Positions 1-14,192 of a DNA stretch of 64,000 bases are shown piece by piece. The notes beneath the pieces are model-generated. The model saw nothing but the letters and a program-made list of their open reading frames with translations, was not told the DNA's origin and ran no database searches. Source of the DNA: the human T2T-CHM13v2.0 reference genome, Homo sapiens; NCBI RefSeq assembly GCF_009914755.1, contig NC_060937.1; one strand, 5' to 3'. Every line of letters begins with the position of its first letter. The stretch's first letter is position 1. The position numbers and the translations under genes are program-made.

Positions 1-504
1 CTTCTTTAAAATTAGTGAGAAAAAAATAGATCTCTTCTAAAGTCAATTTAATCAATTCACAAGAATTTTGCACAAGAGAAAAAATTATTAGACCATAACA
101 TTCCAAGAGGTTATATGAGGATCATATTAAAGAGACTTGCCACTCTTATTCAGGAGCTAATTAGGAATATATATGACTGGATTTTCAAATATCTGTTTAA
201 CAACTTATAGTCTAACATATTTATTGCCATCTCAACCTAGATTGTAAAGCAGTAGTTGGTTAGGATTTAATCATTTTTAAACTGTTCTCTTTTTAAAAAT
301 TTACTTCTAAACAAGGACTAATTTTCTTAATTGTGTGTCATATAGTATCTTAGCAGAGTCAAAAGATAATGGGCATTTAATAAATTCATGTTGACTAATA
401 AGTGCCATGTATTGTTCACAATTAGCTATTCCCTTCCTGACCTTGCCCTGCTTTCACATAGGCAGAATGAGAATAACACTTTCTTCATTATAGAAGGTTT
501 TCCT

Positions 505-787
505 CCTTTTTTAATTTGAGCTTGGCTATGAGACTTGCTGTGGCCAATGACATGTGAGCAGATGTGACATATACCGTCACTGGGAAGAAGTCTGACATGG
601 ACCAACATAGATCTGTCCCTTCCTGAGCCTCTGTTGTCTTCTATGAGAGCGCATGGGTCAGCAGACCATAGCAGAGCTCAGCAGAGTGGTCCCTGATCAG
701 CAGTCCTCAAATATAAAGAAATGGTTGTTGTCATAAGCCAGTGAGATGTTGGTATTGTTTGTTGCTGCAGGTAAAGCTGACTGCACA
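505..787 (+). mobile_element. Old MaLR LTR fragment (MLT1 family)
   Basis: MLT1-type segments 'gacttgctgtggccaatgacatgtgagcagatgtgaca' and 3' end 'ttgttgtcataagccagtgagatgttggtattgtttgttgctgcag...gctgactgcaca'. Confidence 0.7.
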
Positions 788-1378
788 AGATGCGTCATAA
801 ATAACATAATTATTTTTTGTGATACTTAAAATGAAGAGCATATGTATGCTAGAGCTCAACTGCAGATAGAATGCATCAGAAGTAAACAACCTTTATGTGA
901 AAAGAAACTCAAAGCTTTCAACACCTATGAGTAGGGTAAGGAAACTGCATAGGACTAAGAGTAGACCCCTAATCACAGCAAATCTGCTCCTTCAAGTTAA
1001 TTCTGCATTCACCCTTAGGGGAGGAAAAGAGGAGAGAAAGTTGGATTTTAAATGATGGTACCAGCTATGTGAAGTCTACATGTTAAGACAGATATATTGA
1101 TAAACACTGACTTACTAAATATTGTACCTGATTATTAACAAATAATCCAAGACCGTCTGTCCAAGTATGGAGGGGAAGATGAATACAGGCCTAAAATGAA
1201 GTTATTACAATGTGAAAAAATTTTACTGAGTTCAAAATAGAGTGATAAAAATTCACTTTCAAACTACTTAATGATGACATTTCATCTCTTCAAATAAGGA
1301 AGTGTAGAGACAAACCGATTTTAATTAAAAAATACAATATATTTAAGTATGCTTCTTTGCTTCAAAAATCAATGCAGT

Positions 1379-2226
1379 CCTTTTTTCTGGACCCGCCATC
1401 TTCCAGTAATTCATCAAAATGAGAAAAACAAAGGGAAAGAAGAGAGGCACCTGATATATGTTCTCTAGGCCTTTGAGACAACATAGAGTTGATCCTTTGG
1501 CCACGAATATGCAAATCTGTAAGGTGATATTGTAGACATCAAGAGAATGCGTACTGTTCAAAAAGGAATGCTCCACAGGTGTTACCATGGCAAAACTGGA
1601 AGAGTCTACCATGTTCCCCAGCATGCTGTTGACATTGTTTTAAACAAGTTAAGGGCAAGCTTCTTGCAAAGAGAATTAATGTGCGTACTGAGTATATGAA
1701 GAACTCTAAGAGCTGAGATAGCTTCCTGAAATGTGTGAAGGAAAGTGATCAGTAACAGAAGGAAGCCAAAGAGAAACATACCTGGGTGCAACTGAAGCAC
1801 CAGCCTGCTCCACCCAGAGAAGCACACTTTATGAGAACCCATGGCAGGGAGCCTGAGCTGCTGGAACCTCTTCCCTGTGGATTCATGGCTTAAAAGGTAT
1901 TTAAAAAATAAAAATAAAAGATCTCTGGACTGTGAAAATGTTTCTCTTTATTGAGTAGAAGTATGGCGTCCCCTCCCCCCAAGAAATATTTAAAGCAAAT
2001 TTTAATTGTGTCCTAATTTATTGTGTAACGTCTTTATTATTTGAACTTAATGTTATTTTTTACTGAAAGACATGAGGTGGCTTATTGTGCAACAAATTGC
2101 TCAATTGGCTAGAAATCGGCCAGATACTATTTATGAAATATTTGTACTGGTTTGAAGGTAGTTCCTCTAAAATCATTTTGGAAGAAATAAAATAATTAAA
2201 AAAATAAAATACAAAAATAAAATAAA
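1379..2226 (+). pseudogene. RPL21P: Processed pseudogene of ribosomal protein L21 (RPL21): 5'UTR, disrupted CDS 1419-1893, extended 3'UTR and A-rich tail
   Basis: Intronless copy. The 5'UTR is 'ccgccatcttccagtaattc..aaaATG', and it translates to MRKTKGKKRGT*YMFSRP...[10 protein letters not shown]...[10 protein letters not shown]...[12 protein letters not shown]. There is a premature TGA at 1452-1454 (CGA>TGA) and two 4-nt deletions. Degenerate TSD aaaatcaatgcagt (1365-1378) / aaaataaattcggt (2219-2232). Confidence 0.97.
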
Positions 2227-4279
2227 TTCGGTAATTTCTCTGATACATTTTGATTAAAAGACTATTCATTTACATTCACATTTTTATGGTAGTGATGTTG
2301 AAACTAGCACTAAGCTATATTTCCTAGCACATATATAAAGAGTGATCCATTGTGTTTGGAGATAATGCTGTTCAAGATATAAGGTGTAGGACAGGACCAA
2401 AAATTATCAAACAGCTAAGTACAGAGTGAATATTGTCAAGGTAGACTGTCATAAATCTTGGACTTCGTTTTCCTCTAGTAATAATATTTTGTGTTAAGAT
2501 TTTTATCTTTATTTATTCAATGACTCTGGGTTGGGAAAAAGAATAAAGTCCACAACCAGAAACTAGAAAATGCTCTAAAGCGCTATTTAGGGACCGAAAT
2601 GTTGTTGGCTACAACTCTCTCAGCACATTGGGCTTCACTTGAAGAAACTAACAAACCTGTCTGCAAATGAGCACTTGCTTATAAGTAGATAAGGACTGCT
2701 GAAGTGTATGGAAGACAGTGGTTTAACATCATTTAGAACTCATCATTAAAAAATCATTAAACATCATTAAAAATGAATTTATTCAAAAAATGTTTTATGG
2801 ATTTGAATTCTTCATTGAATTCACATAGCTCAAGCCTATCAATGAATGTATAGGCAGATAGGCAATTTGTTAGCTACCAAAGAAACTCCTCCAATCCTTC
2901 CATAGCAAAAACTTGGGAAAAGTTATTTTCTGATGTTAAAGAGCCAAAAGACTTTGGAATTACCACTTAGATCTCTATATGAAAAGTCTTTCTTTTTTTT
3001 TTTAGAATCAAGTAAATCAAGTCTTATCTCTTCTGAGCATGTCATGAAGTCTCCATTAAAACAATTAGTAATTATCATATGGTTCATACAAATTCTGTAA
3101 GTGTGCTTCTCTATTCATATCTCCTTTTCCCTTTTCTCCATAGCACACTTGTTCAACAACTAACCTTCAATTTATATCCTTTTTCTTCTGTACCCTTGTA
3201 CAATAGCATATATTTATTTTTCTTTTTAGAAACTATCAGATATTTTTTCTTATCAATCAAGAAATCTAGTGATCAAAACCTTGTCATCATAAATATTCTC
3301 TACCTTTACCACCAGCTTCAAGTCATGTAAAAATTCAGTCAGAATAGGATATTTTCTAATGCGAATGTTACAGAACTCACAATAGAACCCTATATCATCT
3401 TAGAGTTTTTAAGTGGCATTTTATTATGTACAACTTCCTTGATTTTCTATAAAGAATCAGGACAACAAAAGGGATAAAAACATATTATTAATTATATTAT
3501 TAATCTTTATATTAATTAAAACATATTATTAGCCTTTCATCCATTTAAGAACTTAGTATTAATTGAAATCTATTGGGTAGCATATTTATATTTTTTACAG
3601 TGAGATGTATTTTTAATAACAGCCTGCTTAATTGAAATCCCAACAAAGATAGCATATTTGCAAATATTCAGATTTGAAATAATCAAAACAGTAAGACATA
3701 ATTTCCCAGTTTGTTTGCTATTTATTTTTAATTATCTGAAATTTAGCAAAAACATGTGATGTGATTACTTGGACATATTCCATTCTTTTCAAGCACTGGC
3801 TTGATACAAAAATAAAATTGATTTCTTCACGAATATGAACTATCATGTTTTCTTGATAATTTCACTCACCTAAATTCTTTCAGAATAATTCTCTTGGCTT
3901 GTGGTAATTTTTTTCACTACACAATTTTATTCTATATCTATTTTTTTCAGACCAAAATATGCATTCTTATTTGAAGTATTATATAAAGTTGAAAAATGTT
4001 AAAATGCATTAATTCTCATATTAAAGTCAAGTTAATACTGTATGTCCTAGAATTATTCTTTCAACTCTATTTCCAACTGAATTCTCACATTTATAATGAA
4101 TCTGCCTCGGTACAGTAAGAGTTTACTGTCGCTATTTAAACTGTTTTAAAGACCGTATTGATAAACTATGATTTTCATTTTAATATATCTAAAAACTTTA
4201 TTTCACAAATTATTTGATATTAAAGTCTTAGATAAACACACATTTGAATGTTTTTATTTCCCATAGTCATCTTCACATT

Positions 4280-5050
4280 TAATTTAATACATTTAGTGAG
4301 TATCTCTTCCTGTGAGGAAATTGACTAGGTCAAAGGACTTGAAAGAACATTAAGACAGGTCTGTCCCCTCATGGAACTTGCAAGCTCTTGGGGTGACAGG
4401 CACATACATACACATGCAGTAAGCATGCTGTGTAAATGCAACATAATAAAGATGTGAACTACATGCTATGGGAGCATTTCTTGAGGAAGTCTCAGCAGGG
4501 CATGCAACCTGTGCAGCTGCACAAGTCACGTGCTTGGAAGAGTTTCTTCTGCTGGATTTAATGCTCTGCTGTCAGCATCTTGAATTCTTACCATTTTAAA
4601 ATAAGGGACCCTACATTTGTATTTTGCACTGGGCTTGTCCTGAAAGTGAGCCTGTGTACACGGTGCCCAAATGCAGATGGTGGGCTTTGGGGAAGGAGTA
4701 GCCCTGAGCCTCCCTGAACACTTGGTCATGAAAGTGAACTGGAATTTGGCAAGGGAAAAGAAAGTAAGGAGAGGCAAATAATCCCAGAGAACAGAAGCAG
4801 AACAAAGGCATGACATAATATTTGTTTAGACGTAATAATTAGGCTCTTACATCTAGAGAAGATGAAATTAAGAGAGGATAATTTGTAATCAGATTTCCAA
4901 GGGCCTTAAAAGCCTACCTAGATTTTATTTATAAGAAAAGTAATAACTTTAAGCAAGGAAATGGAATGAAATGTAAATTGGTGTAAACGTAAAGTTGGAG
5001 AAAAAGACTAGAGGGTGGCATCTTTAATAGAAGATAATGGCAGAAATCTA
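4280..5050 (-). mobile_element. L2 LINE remnant (fragmented)
   Basis: Reverse-complement L2 3' signature 'catttagtgagtatctc...aagacaggtctgtcccctcatggaacttgcaagc...ctatgggagca' followed by purine-rich L2-like sequence. Confidence 0.55.
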
Positions 5051-5912
5051 GATTTAAAAATAACAGGCTGTAGGAGAACAATGAAAGGGAGGATGAAGAG
5101 ATGGGTAAGTGAGCCATACTCAAGGGCACATGGTGTTTCAAAAACACCTCCCACTATTTGGCTTTTATCCTTGAAAGAGAGCTCATAAGAAAGTTTCACC
5201 AGGCCCACTGAAGTGGAAAAGCATAATAATATACTTGGTGAGTAATCTAACTTCTTTTTCTCCAAAGGCTAGTAATCACCTATAAATTAAAATAAAGCAC
5301 TTAAGTTTTATAGCAAAAAACAAACAAACTGGCGATTTTCACTAAAACCAAAAATGAAAAAAAAAAAAAGTAAAAACAAAATAAAAACCCTGATTAAGGG
5401 TGCATTTGAAATATATAGTCTCTTCTGCATGGCTTATTCCTGTGCCTCGATCTATAACAACAAAGCAATCAACAAGCAAACCATATAGTCAAATTAAAGT
5501 CTGGTATTAAAAGTAAGCTTGACTTGATTGAATCAAAGCAGTTCATTTATTAAGTTTTTCACTTCTCAACTTAATTCCTTCAAAATAGGAATATGACCAT
5601 ATTAACTTAGTAAATTATTATTTTAAAGAGAGGATTATCTGAAATCAGTATAATTTCATTTTTTCAAATACAGATCTGGAGAAAGAGATTGCATGTTTTA
5701 TTTTGGGCTAAAATACTTAGTTGAAAACTATTTAATAAAACATTTGAATAGAAGTTTTCTGGTGTTTCCCATATCAAACTGCTACCCTTTCTTGTATCCA
5801 ATCTCATCAATACCATTTATGAAACTGAAGAATATATTAACATATAATATATTATGAAGAATATATCTAAGTGTAATAACTGCAAAATAATCTTCGTTGA
5901 AGATTTAAATAG

Positions 5913-6391
<479 letters not shown>

Positions 6392-6516
6392 GTATTTTTT
6401 AAATGATTTAACTTCTTCATAGCCAAACTTAACTTATATATGTACTTTTTTAAAATATCAATTCATCACTGAAATATATAAAATTTTCCCTTGATTAATA
6501 AAATGCGTTATATATA

Positions 6517-7061
6517 CAGTAGTCCCCTATTATCCATGGTTTTGCTCTTGGCAGTTTCAATTACCCCTGCCAACCACAGTCCAAAAACATTAAATAGAAA
6601 CTTCCAGAAATAAGCATGTCACAGTTTTAAATCGTGTGCCATTCTGAATACTGTGATAAAATCTTGTGCTGTCCTGCTTTGTCCCACCGAGACGTGAATT
6701 GTCCATTTTCCAGAGTATACAGGCCATGTATACCCACTCTTTAGTCACTTAGTAACTAACTCTTGTGGTTACCAGATGAACTGTGGCAGTATCGCAGTGG
6801 TTGTGTTCAAGTAATCCTTATTTTATTTAATAAGGGTGTGAAAAGGCCAGAGTAGTGATGCTGGCATATTGGTATAATTGCTCTATTTCATTATCAGTCA
6901 TTGCTAATCTCTTCCTTTGCCTAACTTGTAAGTTAAATTTTATTATAAGTATGCACATATAGAAAAAAGCATAGTATATAGAGAGTTGGGTACTGTCCGC
7001 CATTTCAGGAATCCACTGAAGGTCTGGAAATGTACACCCTGCAGATAAGGGAACATTACTG
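6517..7061. mobile_element. MER44-type (Tigger7-derived) non-autonomous DNA transposon
   Basis: Terminal inverted repeats cagtagtcccctattatcc / gataagggaacattactg, flanked by TA duplications; ~545 bp with MER44 internal sequence. Confidence 0.85.
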
Positions 7062-7095
7062 TATAAATAAATAAATACACCCACACACATATATA

Positions 7096-7301
7096 TTTGA
7101 CAGGGTTTTGCTCTGCCTCAAAGAGCAAAGTGCAGTGGTGGAGTGGCGTGATCACGGCTCACTACAGCCTCGAATTTCTGGGCTCAATCGATCCTTCCAC
7201 CTTAACCTCCCTAATAGCTGAGACTACAAGTTTGCACCACCATGCCTGGCTAATTTTTGTATTTTTTTGTAAAGATGGGGTTTCACCATGTTGTCTAGGC
7301 T
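7096..7301 (-). mobile_element. 5'-truncated AluJ
   Basis: 'gtgatcacggctcactacagcctcgaatttctgggctcaatcgatcc' is an AluJ-type right arm, followed by a partial left arm. Confidence 0.85.
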
Positions 7302-7688
7302 TACACATATATTTTTTGTAATTTTATGAATATCTTGCATCCAAATGTGATTATAAATAGTCTACTTATTGGGAACAGAGACTAGAACTTTATTTGTCTG
7401 AAGAGGGATTGAAAAGAAAGAAAAAGACAATTCCTGACTTCAAAATATCATAAGGCTTGACTTTGAAATAATGCTGTGTAAATACATTAATAAATTGATT
7501 TTTATAAAGAAAATTACATTTCCCTTCAGATTCCATCTCAAGGACTTTTCATCTTTGCCAAATTTTAAAGAAAAGGTGCCACGCAAATTGGACCATTGAG
7601 AGGGATGCGCAGAGGATCATAGAAAGCCCCAGAGATTAATGAGAACTAGAATTTTATGGGGCCTGAAAGTGAGGTTCAAATATGAGGG

Positions 7689-7691
<3 letters not shown>

Positions 7692-7730
<39 letters not shown>

Positions 7731-7745
7731 ATGTGTGTGTGTGTG
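7692..7745. repeat. (TG)n microsatellite, interrupted
   Basis: About 18 pure TG units, then TTA, then more TG. Confidence 0.97.
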
Positions 7746-8469
7746 ATGAACAGGAGGAGAGTGTTACAAGAAAAACAGGATGGAAAAGTGAACAAGAGCT
7801 ATCATAAAGGATCTTGTAAGCCACACTAAGGAATTTAGATTTTTGAACTGCTTCTATTTGAAAGACACTGAAAGATTAAAAGACAAAATAAGGTTTGAGT
7901 AAGTATCATTTTGGAGGTGGCCAGGTAGGAAAACACATGACAGCCTGCCTAAAAATCTTCCAACATTTCCTTTCTTCCCTCTTTACTAAAAAATTCTTAC
8001 ATAAAATAGCAGAAGAAATGAATTCAGTGGAACATCTGCAAAGCAAAGAAATTTACTTAAAAATTGTATTAGGGTTTGATAGTCTTTGAGGAATTCCCTT
8101 TTGGAAGACACTTAGAAGTTGACTTCTGGGGTAAATTTTAGAAAAATTAAATATTACTTAACCAATTCATATTACAGCTGTTTAGTTCACTGGGGCATGA
8201 ATGGATCAAACAATACCCTAGTCAGTTATTCTATATAAAAGTAAATAATTATGTCTCTTTATTGATGGAAGAAATGGTTCTAAGTAGAAAGAAAACAGGA
8301 TTGCAAAGCCATTGAAGTTAAGCAATACACGTTTAGGTCATACACTAGGCTGGATCCTTGAAAAATGCATGAAATTTATTTCTAACACTTCATGCACTGG
8401 GAAAATCTGGCCAATAATAAATTCAGAATACACAGCAATAAAGAGCATGAAAATAACATTAAAAATAAG

Positions 8470-8690
8470 TATCAACACTTAAACTGCAACAGGAGGGATA
8501 TAGATGAGATATGAAAAAATAGTTCTTCCTCTCATTAGAGCAGTTAAACATTAGAATAGGTTATCAGGGAAGGTCTCCACAGACTCTTCTCTTGAAGGTT
8601 TTTAACATCTAAGACAGCCATTTATCTTGAATAGTTGAGGTAAGTCCTGTCTGCAGGCAGGTGAAGGACTAGATGACCTCTGAATTCATA
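8470..8690 (+). mobile_element. L3/CR1 LINE 3' end
   Basis: 'agagcagttaaacattagaataggttatcagggaagg...ttctcttgaaggttttt...ggactagatgacctct' is typical of a CR1 3' end. Confidence 0.65.
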
Positions 8691-11564
8691 AGTCATAAAC
8701 TACTTTTTATCTGCTACCTGATTCGGTTACTCAAGCAGTCCTTTTTATTCAGAAGTGATCATCAGCAATGTTAAACATTCTACACATTAAATATTTCCCA
8801 TTTTAACATGAGTAAACCACATTGAAAAGGTGTGGATGACAGATTAAAATAATCATTTGTAATCAAACCAGAATTAATTTTTTTTAAAAAATCTATCCTT
8901 CACATGTTAAAAGAATAAGCAATATGGGGACCATTTAAAATTTTGTCATTTCAGTGTGATAATGAAAATAGCAGGTATTTATGATAAGACTAGCACGAAT
9001 GTTATTTTTGATTACTATAAATGATATGATAAAAGTCACATGAGGAATGTTTTTGATACTTGCTACATTGTCTGACTCATTTAAATAGATACTTAAATAC
9101 TTCCCTTTTCTTTTATTACACTCTATCTAGATCATGAGAAAGTTCAGTTCTATGCTTGACACAGGTGACTTCAAGGAAAATAAATTATGTTAACCAAAAC
9201 AGCAAAGGATCAATAAACAAATGAGCATATAACCATAGCTAATGTCGTTCCAAAGAGTTACAAAGATTCATCTGTTATCTTGGTTCTATGTAATCCCCCC
9301 TTCACTTCTCATCTCTGGCATTGGAATGCATGACAAATAAAAAATGATACAGGATTTTTAGTATAATAATAGAAATTCTAAAATGACCCATAATGTCTTT
9401 ACTGAAGAAATATCTAATGTAGATTTCTTTTAATTCATTTGAATATATATTCTTAAATCATATTTTTTTCAGAAATTAAATCTTTTTTTCTTAGAACTTC
9501 AATCTGAAAACCTTTTTTTTGAATATCAATTCATATTAAAAATAAAATGTGGACAAAAATTAAATTGAAATATCAGGCAATGATTATGTCTGGGGTATAT
9601 AGATAACATACATATTATGGGTATCATTAATATTTTTAAAATAAGAATAGCTTCAGCTATACTGCTTTAGCTGTAATATTTTATAGGCTCAGAGGACAAA
9701 ATGTGAAATAAACTACATTGCATTGACCTTCCTCAGAACAAACACTTGGCAAATGTTTTTAGAACAAAAATTTCTGCAAGTTTAGGTTGTAGTCTAAAGT
9801 TCAGGATTTTAAATTGGTTTGAATTTTTAGCTGTATTCAAAAGAAACTTAGAGGTTGTTCCATGTACGACATGCTGGCCTATTACATATCACAACTTCTT
9901 GCCATTTAAGGTAAACAAAAATTTTTTTAATGAAAATGTTGCTTTAGTTTACATTTCCCCCCTTAATTTAAAATAAATACTTATTTCAACCTATTTAGTC
10001 AGCGTTAAATTATTTTTAATAAACTATTTCCTTTACCCCCCAAAAAATCAATAAACAACCTTTTCATATTTCACTAATGGAAAATTTAAATAACATTTAA
10101 AATGAAATTAAACACTTATAGCAATGACTCTAGCAGTCACTGAATATGTTTGAGGATTGCCTACAAGTGATAATAGAATAAACTTTGGCTTCTATTCCTT
10201 TATAGATTATTGTAAGTTTTAATTTTCTCTGATGCAATGTTTAATTGACAAAAACAAAAAGAAGCCAGTAATGGGCCCATGGCAGCAAGGGGTCACAAGC
10301 CCAAGATTTCTTCTTTTCTTCTTCTTTTTTTTTTTTTCCTTTCTGTTTTGTAACCATGGTAAAACAATAGAAGTGAACTTTCCCTGAACTTTTCTCTTTA
10401 AAGCCCTGGGTCCACGTTGACCTAGCAGGGCAGGCTGGAACCTGATACTATCAACCCAAGGGCTGCTAAAGCAATCAGGTTCAACAACAACCATATATGT
10501 TCCCTAATGTCGCTTTGCCACAAAGCCAAGGCAAAAGCAAGCTATTTCTAGTAAAGAATTTATTTCTATTGTTTCAGAGATTAATTCAATGGTCTAAACG
10601 TGCATAAAACATGGACTAAATGGTAGACTACAGAAATATATTATTGTTCTCTTATAATTATATCACTACCAAAGTTTATTTGCAGATAAGGCCTAATCCC
10701 ACACACACAAAAAAAGCTTCTGGATGCATTAGTAAAAAACAGATGATTTAAATCATTATAGATTTAGATAATCTTACATTTAACTTAGTCATTTTATTAA
10801 ATTCTCATGGTGATCTGTCTTAAAAGGTAACACTGTATGAAATTTTGTCTATGTTCTTCTACAGGCAATAAAGGTATGAAGACATAATTGATTAAAGATA
10901 CAAATTAAAATATTTGTTATTCTGCAATTGCAGCATGATAAGCAATGTATTAGATAAATTGTAGTAGCATCATTCCCATCTCGTTCAATAAAAGGTGTAT
11001 TAGATTTTTGTTTTAAATCCAGTTTTCAAGAATTTGTAATACTACAAGCAAAATTTTAAAAGAGAATGATCAAATTCAGAAAAATTAGACAAATATAATT
11101 TCTAATAATCATAAATAAGTATTATAGAGGTAGTTCAGATTCAGCCTTTTTACCACTTCTTATTTTCAACTACAATATTAAGAAAAAATTAATAAAGATA
11201 AAATAATGGTAAGGAAAAGTTATTCTATCATTACTTGAAGCTCTCTCAAAATGTCTCTACAGATACTTGAATATCATATATTTATTACATATTAACTATT
11301 ATGAATTACTTCAAAATGTCAACTGTGCATAAATAGATGCTCAGCTATATCATATCTTCCTGAATATTATTTCATATGGGCTATTTTATGGTACACTTTC
11401 ATAGAAACAGTTTCAGTGGTTCCAATAGGAGAGTTGGATCATGTGGATAAGATTTTTGTTATGGCAACACTAGGCCTCAACGTACCAATAAGAAGAAAAT
11501 AGAATTTTGCCCCCATATAAAAAGGAGTTAAAAATATTAACAGAACGAAGAAACGGGGACAATT

Positions 11565-11594
11565 AAACAAAACAAAACAAAACAAAACAAAACA
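11565..11594. repeat. (AAAAC)n microsatellite
   Basis: About 6 pentamer units, read directly. Confidence 0.9.
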
Positions 11595-12249
11595 GGACAT
11601 GGGCCATTGTATCAATAGTTGTCCTTAAAATAATATTTTTCCAGAATTACAAAATAGTAAGAATCCTTTTCGAAAAGTATCATGTTTATAGCAACAACTT
11701 GTTCATACTTTAACTTGAGTAAGTTAGTTATTAGTTGAAATTCATTTTTGTAGGTGTAGGTTTACATTGGTGTATGCTTACATCCAGTATTATACACATT
11801 TGAGAAATGGGAGGACGAAACAAAAAATAAAAGACATCTGTGGAATTTTATTATATTTAGTAAAGATTCCTTATGAAAATATAGGATTAATATTTTTATC
11901 CCGTTCTTGAGCTGACTTTCCAAGTAGTAATATAAAAAATATTACTGAAAGTGCAGGTTAAACACTAATTTGACTTTAAAGAAACCTATCAATGTTTAGA
12001 ATATTTAGGGCACCAATAAGAGAGATTTTTTAAAAATGTATTTTAAAATAGAAAGGATGGAAAGAAGATCATGAAGCCAAGAAATAAAATAGGCAGAGAA
12101 AGTATTGGTCTACCCTTTCAACTCTTGATAGTGGCTTCACTGATTCTCTTTTTTCCAAGTTTGAGAACAAGGAGTTAAGGTTGTGACTTAACTGAGAAAA
12201 AAGGGATAGCTAACATACACAGAACATCTACTAACAGGTAAGTAAAATA

Positions 12250-12428
12250 TCTATCTCATTTAAATTCCAACAACCGTTTTAGGCAGATATTATTATCTCC
12301 ATCTCTCAGATGAGGAAATTTGAGCTGACTGGCCCAACAGCATGACTCATAAATTTTAGATCTTTATGTCAGATCCATGTATCTCCGACTTCAAAGCCTG
12401 TACTTATTCCATTATACCATGGTGCCTC
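12250..12428 (-). mobile_element. MIR SINE
   Basis: MIR core 'attattatctccatctctcagatgaggaaatttgag' and end 'gacttcaaagcctgtacttattccattatacca'. Confidence 0.7.
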
Positions 12429-13189
12429 TGAATAGTAGAGACAAAAGGTCACTTTGCCATGGATCAAAAGACAGAAGCTGTCACTTATTAGATGTGTGAC
12501 CTTGACAAGTCACTTAACCTTTTGGTATCCACATCTTCCCTTCCCTAACACCCTCAAGAAGTGCTATAGCCAATAAAACTTAAAAACCTGAAATAAAATA
12601 GTCAAAGAAGCTAATATTAGCATAGAGCATTTAATAAGAATGTGAACAGTGAGCACAAAGGAAAAAGATGGCTGTGTGTATGCTGCTCTGTTCAGGGTAC
12701 ATTCTTCCAACCTAAGAAGGCGGTTTCCTATATTTGTGCCATTATCTTAATCTCATTTCTAACTCAATGTCACTATTCTTCCTCCTGCCCTGCCTGATTT
12801 CTCTGAGTAAAAGTATTATACAGAAATTTTAACAGCTGTTGATATCTATTGAAATAGCTAATTTCAATAGCTGTCTATTGGTGAACATAGAGTATATTAA
12901 TGCAGAGTATTTCCAATGAGAACGAGATATGTCTTTTATGTAAATAAAAAGACAACTTTCAGTCTCGGGGAACAATTAATGGGCTCTGAAAAATAATTTT
13001 CTTCAGTTGTTTCTCCTAAAAAAAAATAACAAAAACTCTGGAGACTGAAAAATCTATACCCCTCAAATAATTTCATATCAGCTTAGAAATTAAATTGAAG
13101 TTTAGCTTATCAATTATTAAAACAAACATCTGGGAATACAGAAATAATGTTTTCCTTTTTCTCTTGAGTTTGAAATCTATCTTTCTAGA

Positions 13190-14025
13190 GGTGTAAGTGA
13201 TATCTGAACATTTCACAAGTGCCTCAAATTCAACATGTCTGATGTAAACTTCTTATCTTCTACCTTAAACCTGCACCTCATTACCTATTGCATTACATAT
13301 CTCAGAAAATAAACCACCATCCATCCAATCCCCAAAACCAGAGCCCAGAGAGTCTTCCCAATCCTTCCCTCTTTTTCAATGTACTTTCTACTTCTTAGCT
13401 TAATAATCATCATCTTCTATTGATTCTGCCTATGATACATCTTCCAACTCACTCTCTTCTTCATTCACATTGCTCCTGCCTTCTCTCAGGTCCTCCTGTG
13501 TTCCTGTAGTGTTTGATACTGACCTAAGTGTTCTATATAGAAATAACATTATAGCACATTCAGTGCCTTCTGCGAATCTAAATATTCACCAAATTTCTTA
13601 TCATAGCATACAAGACTCTTCAAAATCTAGCACCTCAATTCCTTTCAGGTATAATTTCTCATAACTTTCCTACCCTCACTCTGTAGTTGGAACCTAATTA
13701 CTTTCACATATTCATGCTTTACAGATCTAATCCTTCTTCCTGAAATGCCCATTCCTTCAGTTGTACATGTGAGAAGCCCTACACCAATTCTCACCAACTT
13801 CTTCCCTAATCTTCCCAAGTGCTCACCAATTGCCTTTTACTTCTATTGTATCATGGAATACCATAGTATCATATTAGTCTTTCTATTAACATAATAATTT
13901 ATGTATTATTTTAGTCTGCCAACAAAACCTTTAAATGCAGCAACTATGTTCTATATATTCCTCTTTTGCCAGAATTCAATGGTCTGGTAATAAGGATAAA
14001 AGTATTACTGTTTGCTGGATGAATC
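13190..14025 (+). mobile_element. L2 LINE 3' region
   Basis: 'cctcaaattcaacatgtc...accaccatccatccaat...aaaccagagcc' and terminal 'tgtttgctggatgaat'. Confidence 0.7.
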
Positions 14026-14055
14026 AGCTGAAGAAGAAACAAATGAATTATTTTT

Positions 14056-14192
14056 TGAATTTAATTTATTTTTATTTTACTTTAAGTTCTGGGATATATG
14101 TGCAGGTTTGTTACATAGGTATACATGTGCCATGGTGGTTTGCTGCAACCATCAACCTGTCATCCAGGTTTTAAGCCTTGCATGCATTAGGT
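14056..14192 (-). mobile_element. Short 5'-truncated L1PA 3' end (older primate subfamily)
   Basis: 'tactttaagttctgggatatatgtgcaggtttgttacataggtatacatgtgccatggtggtttgctgca'; degenerate TSD aatgaattattttt / aattaactattttt. Confidence 0.9.

Noticed and set aside
1343-1842. Two minus-strand ORFs (93 and 78 aa)
   Set aside because: They are antisense shadows of the RPL21 pseudogene
2740-2775. Short repeated 'atcattaaa' units; similarly 'gttaacatg' x2 near 20674
   Set aside because: These are ordinary slippage microduplications with no further structure
5090-5300. Possible cryptic exon (minus-strand acceptor tttaatttatag at ~5281; plus-strand donor-like GGTAAGT and GGTGAGT)
   Set aside because: The acceptor and donors lie on opposite strands, so I cannot support a consistent exon or reading frame
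12846-12870. 10-bp perfect inverted repeat ctattgaaat / atttcaatag with a 5-nt loop
   Set aside because: It is too short and AT-rich for a miRNA or MITE, and a few such hairpins are expected by chance in 64 kb of AT-rich DNA
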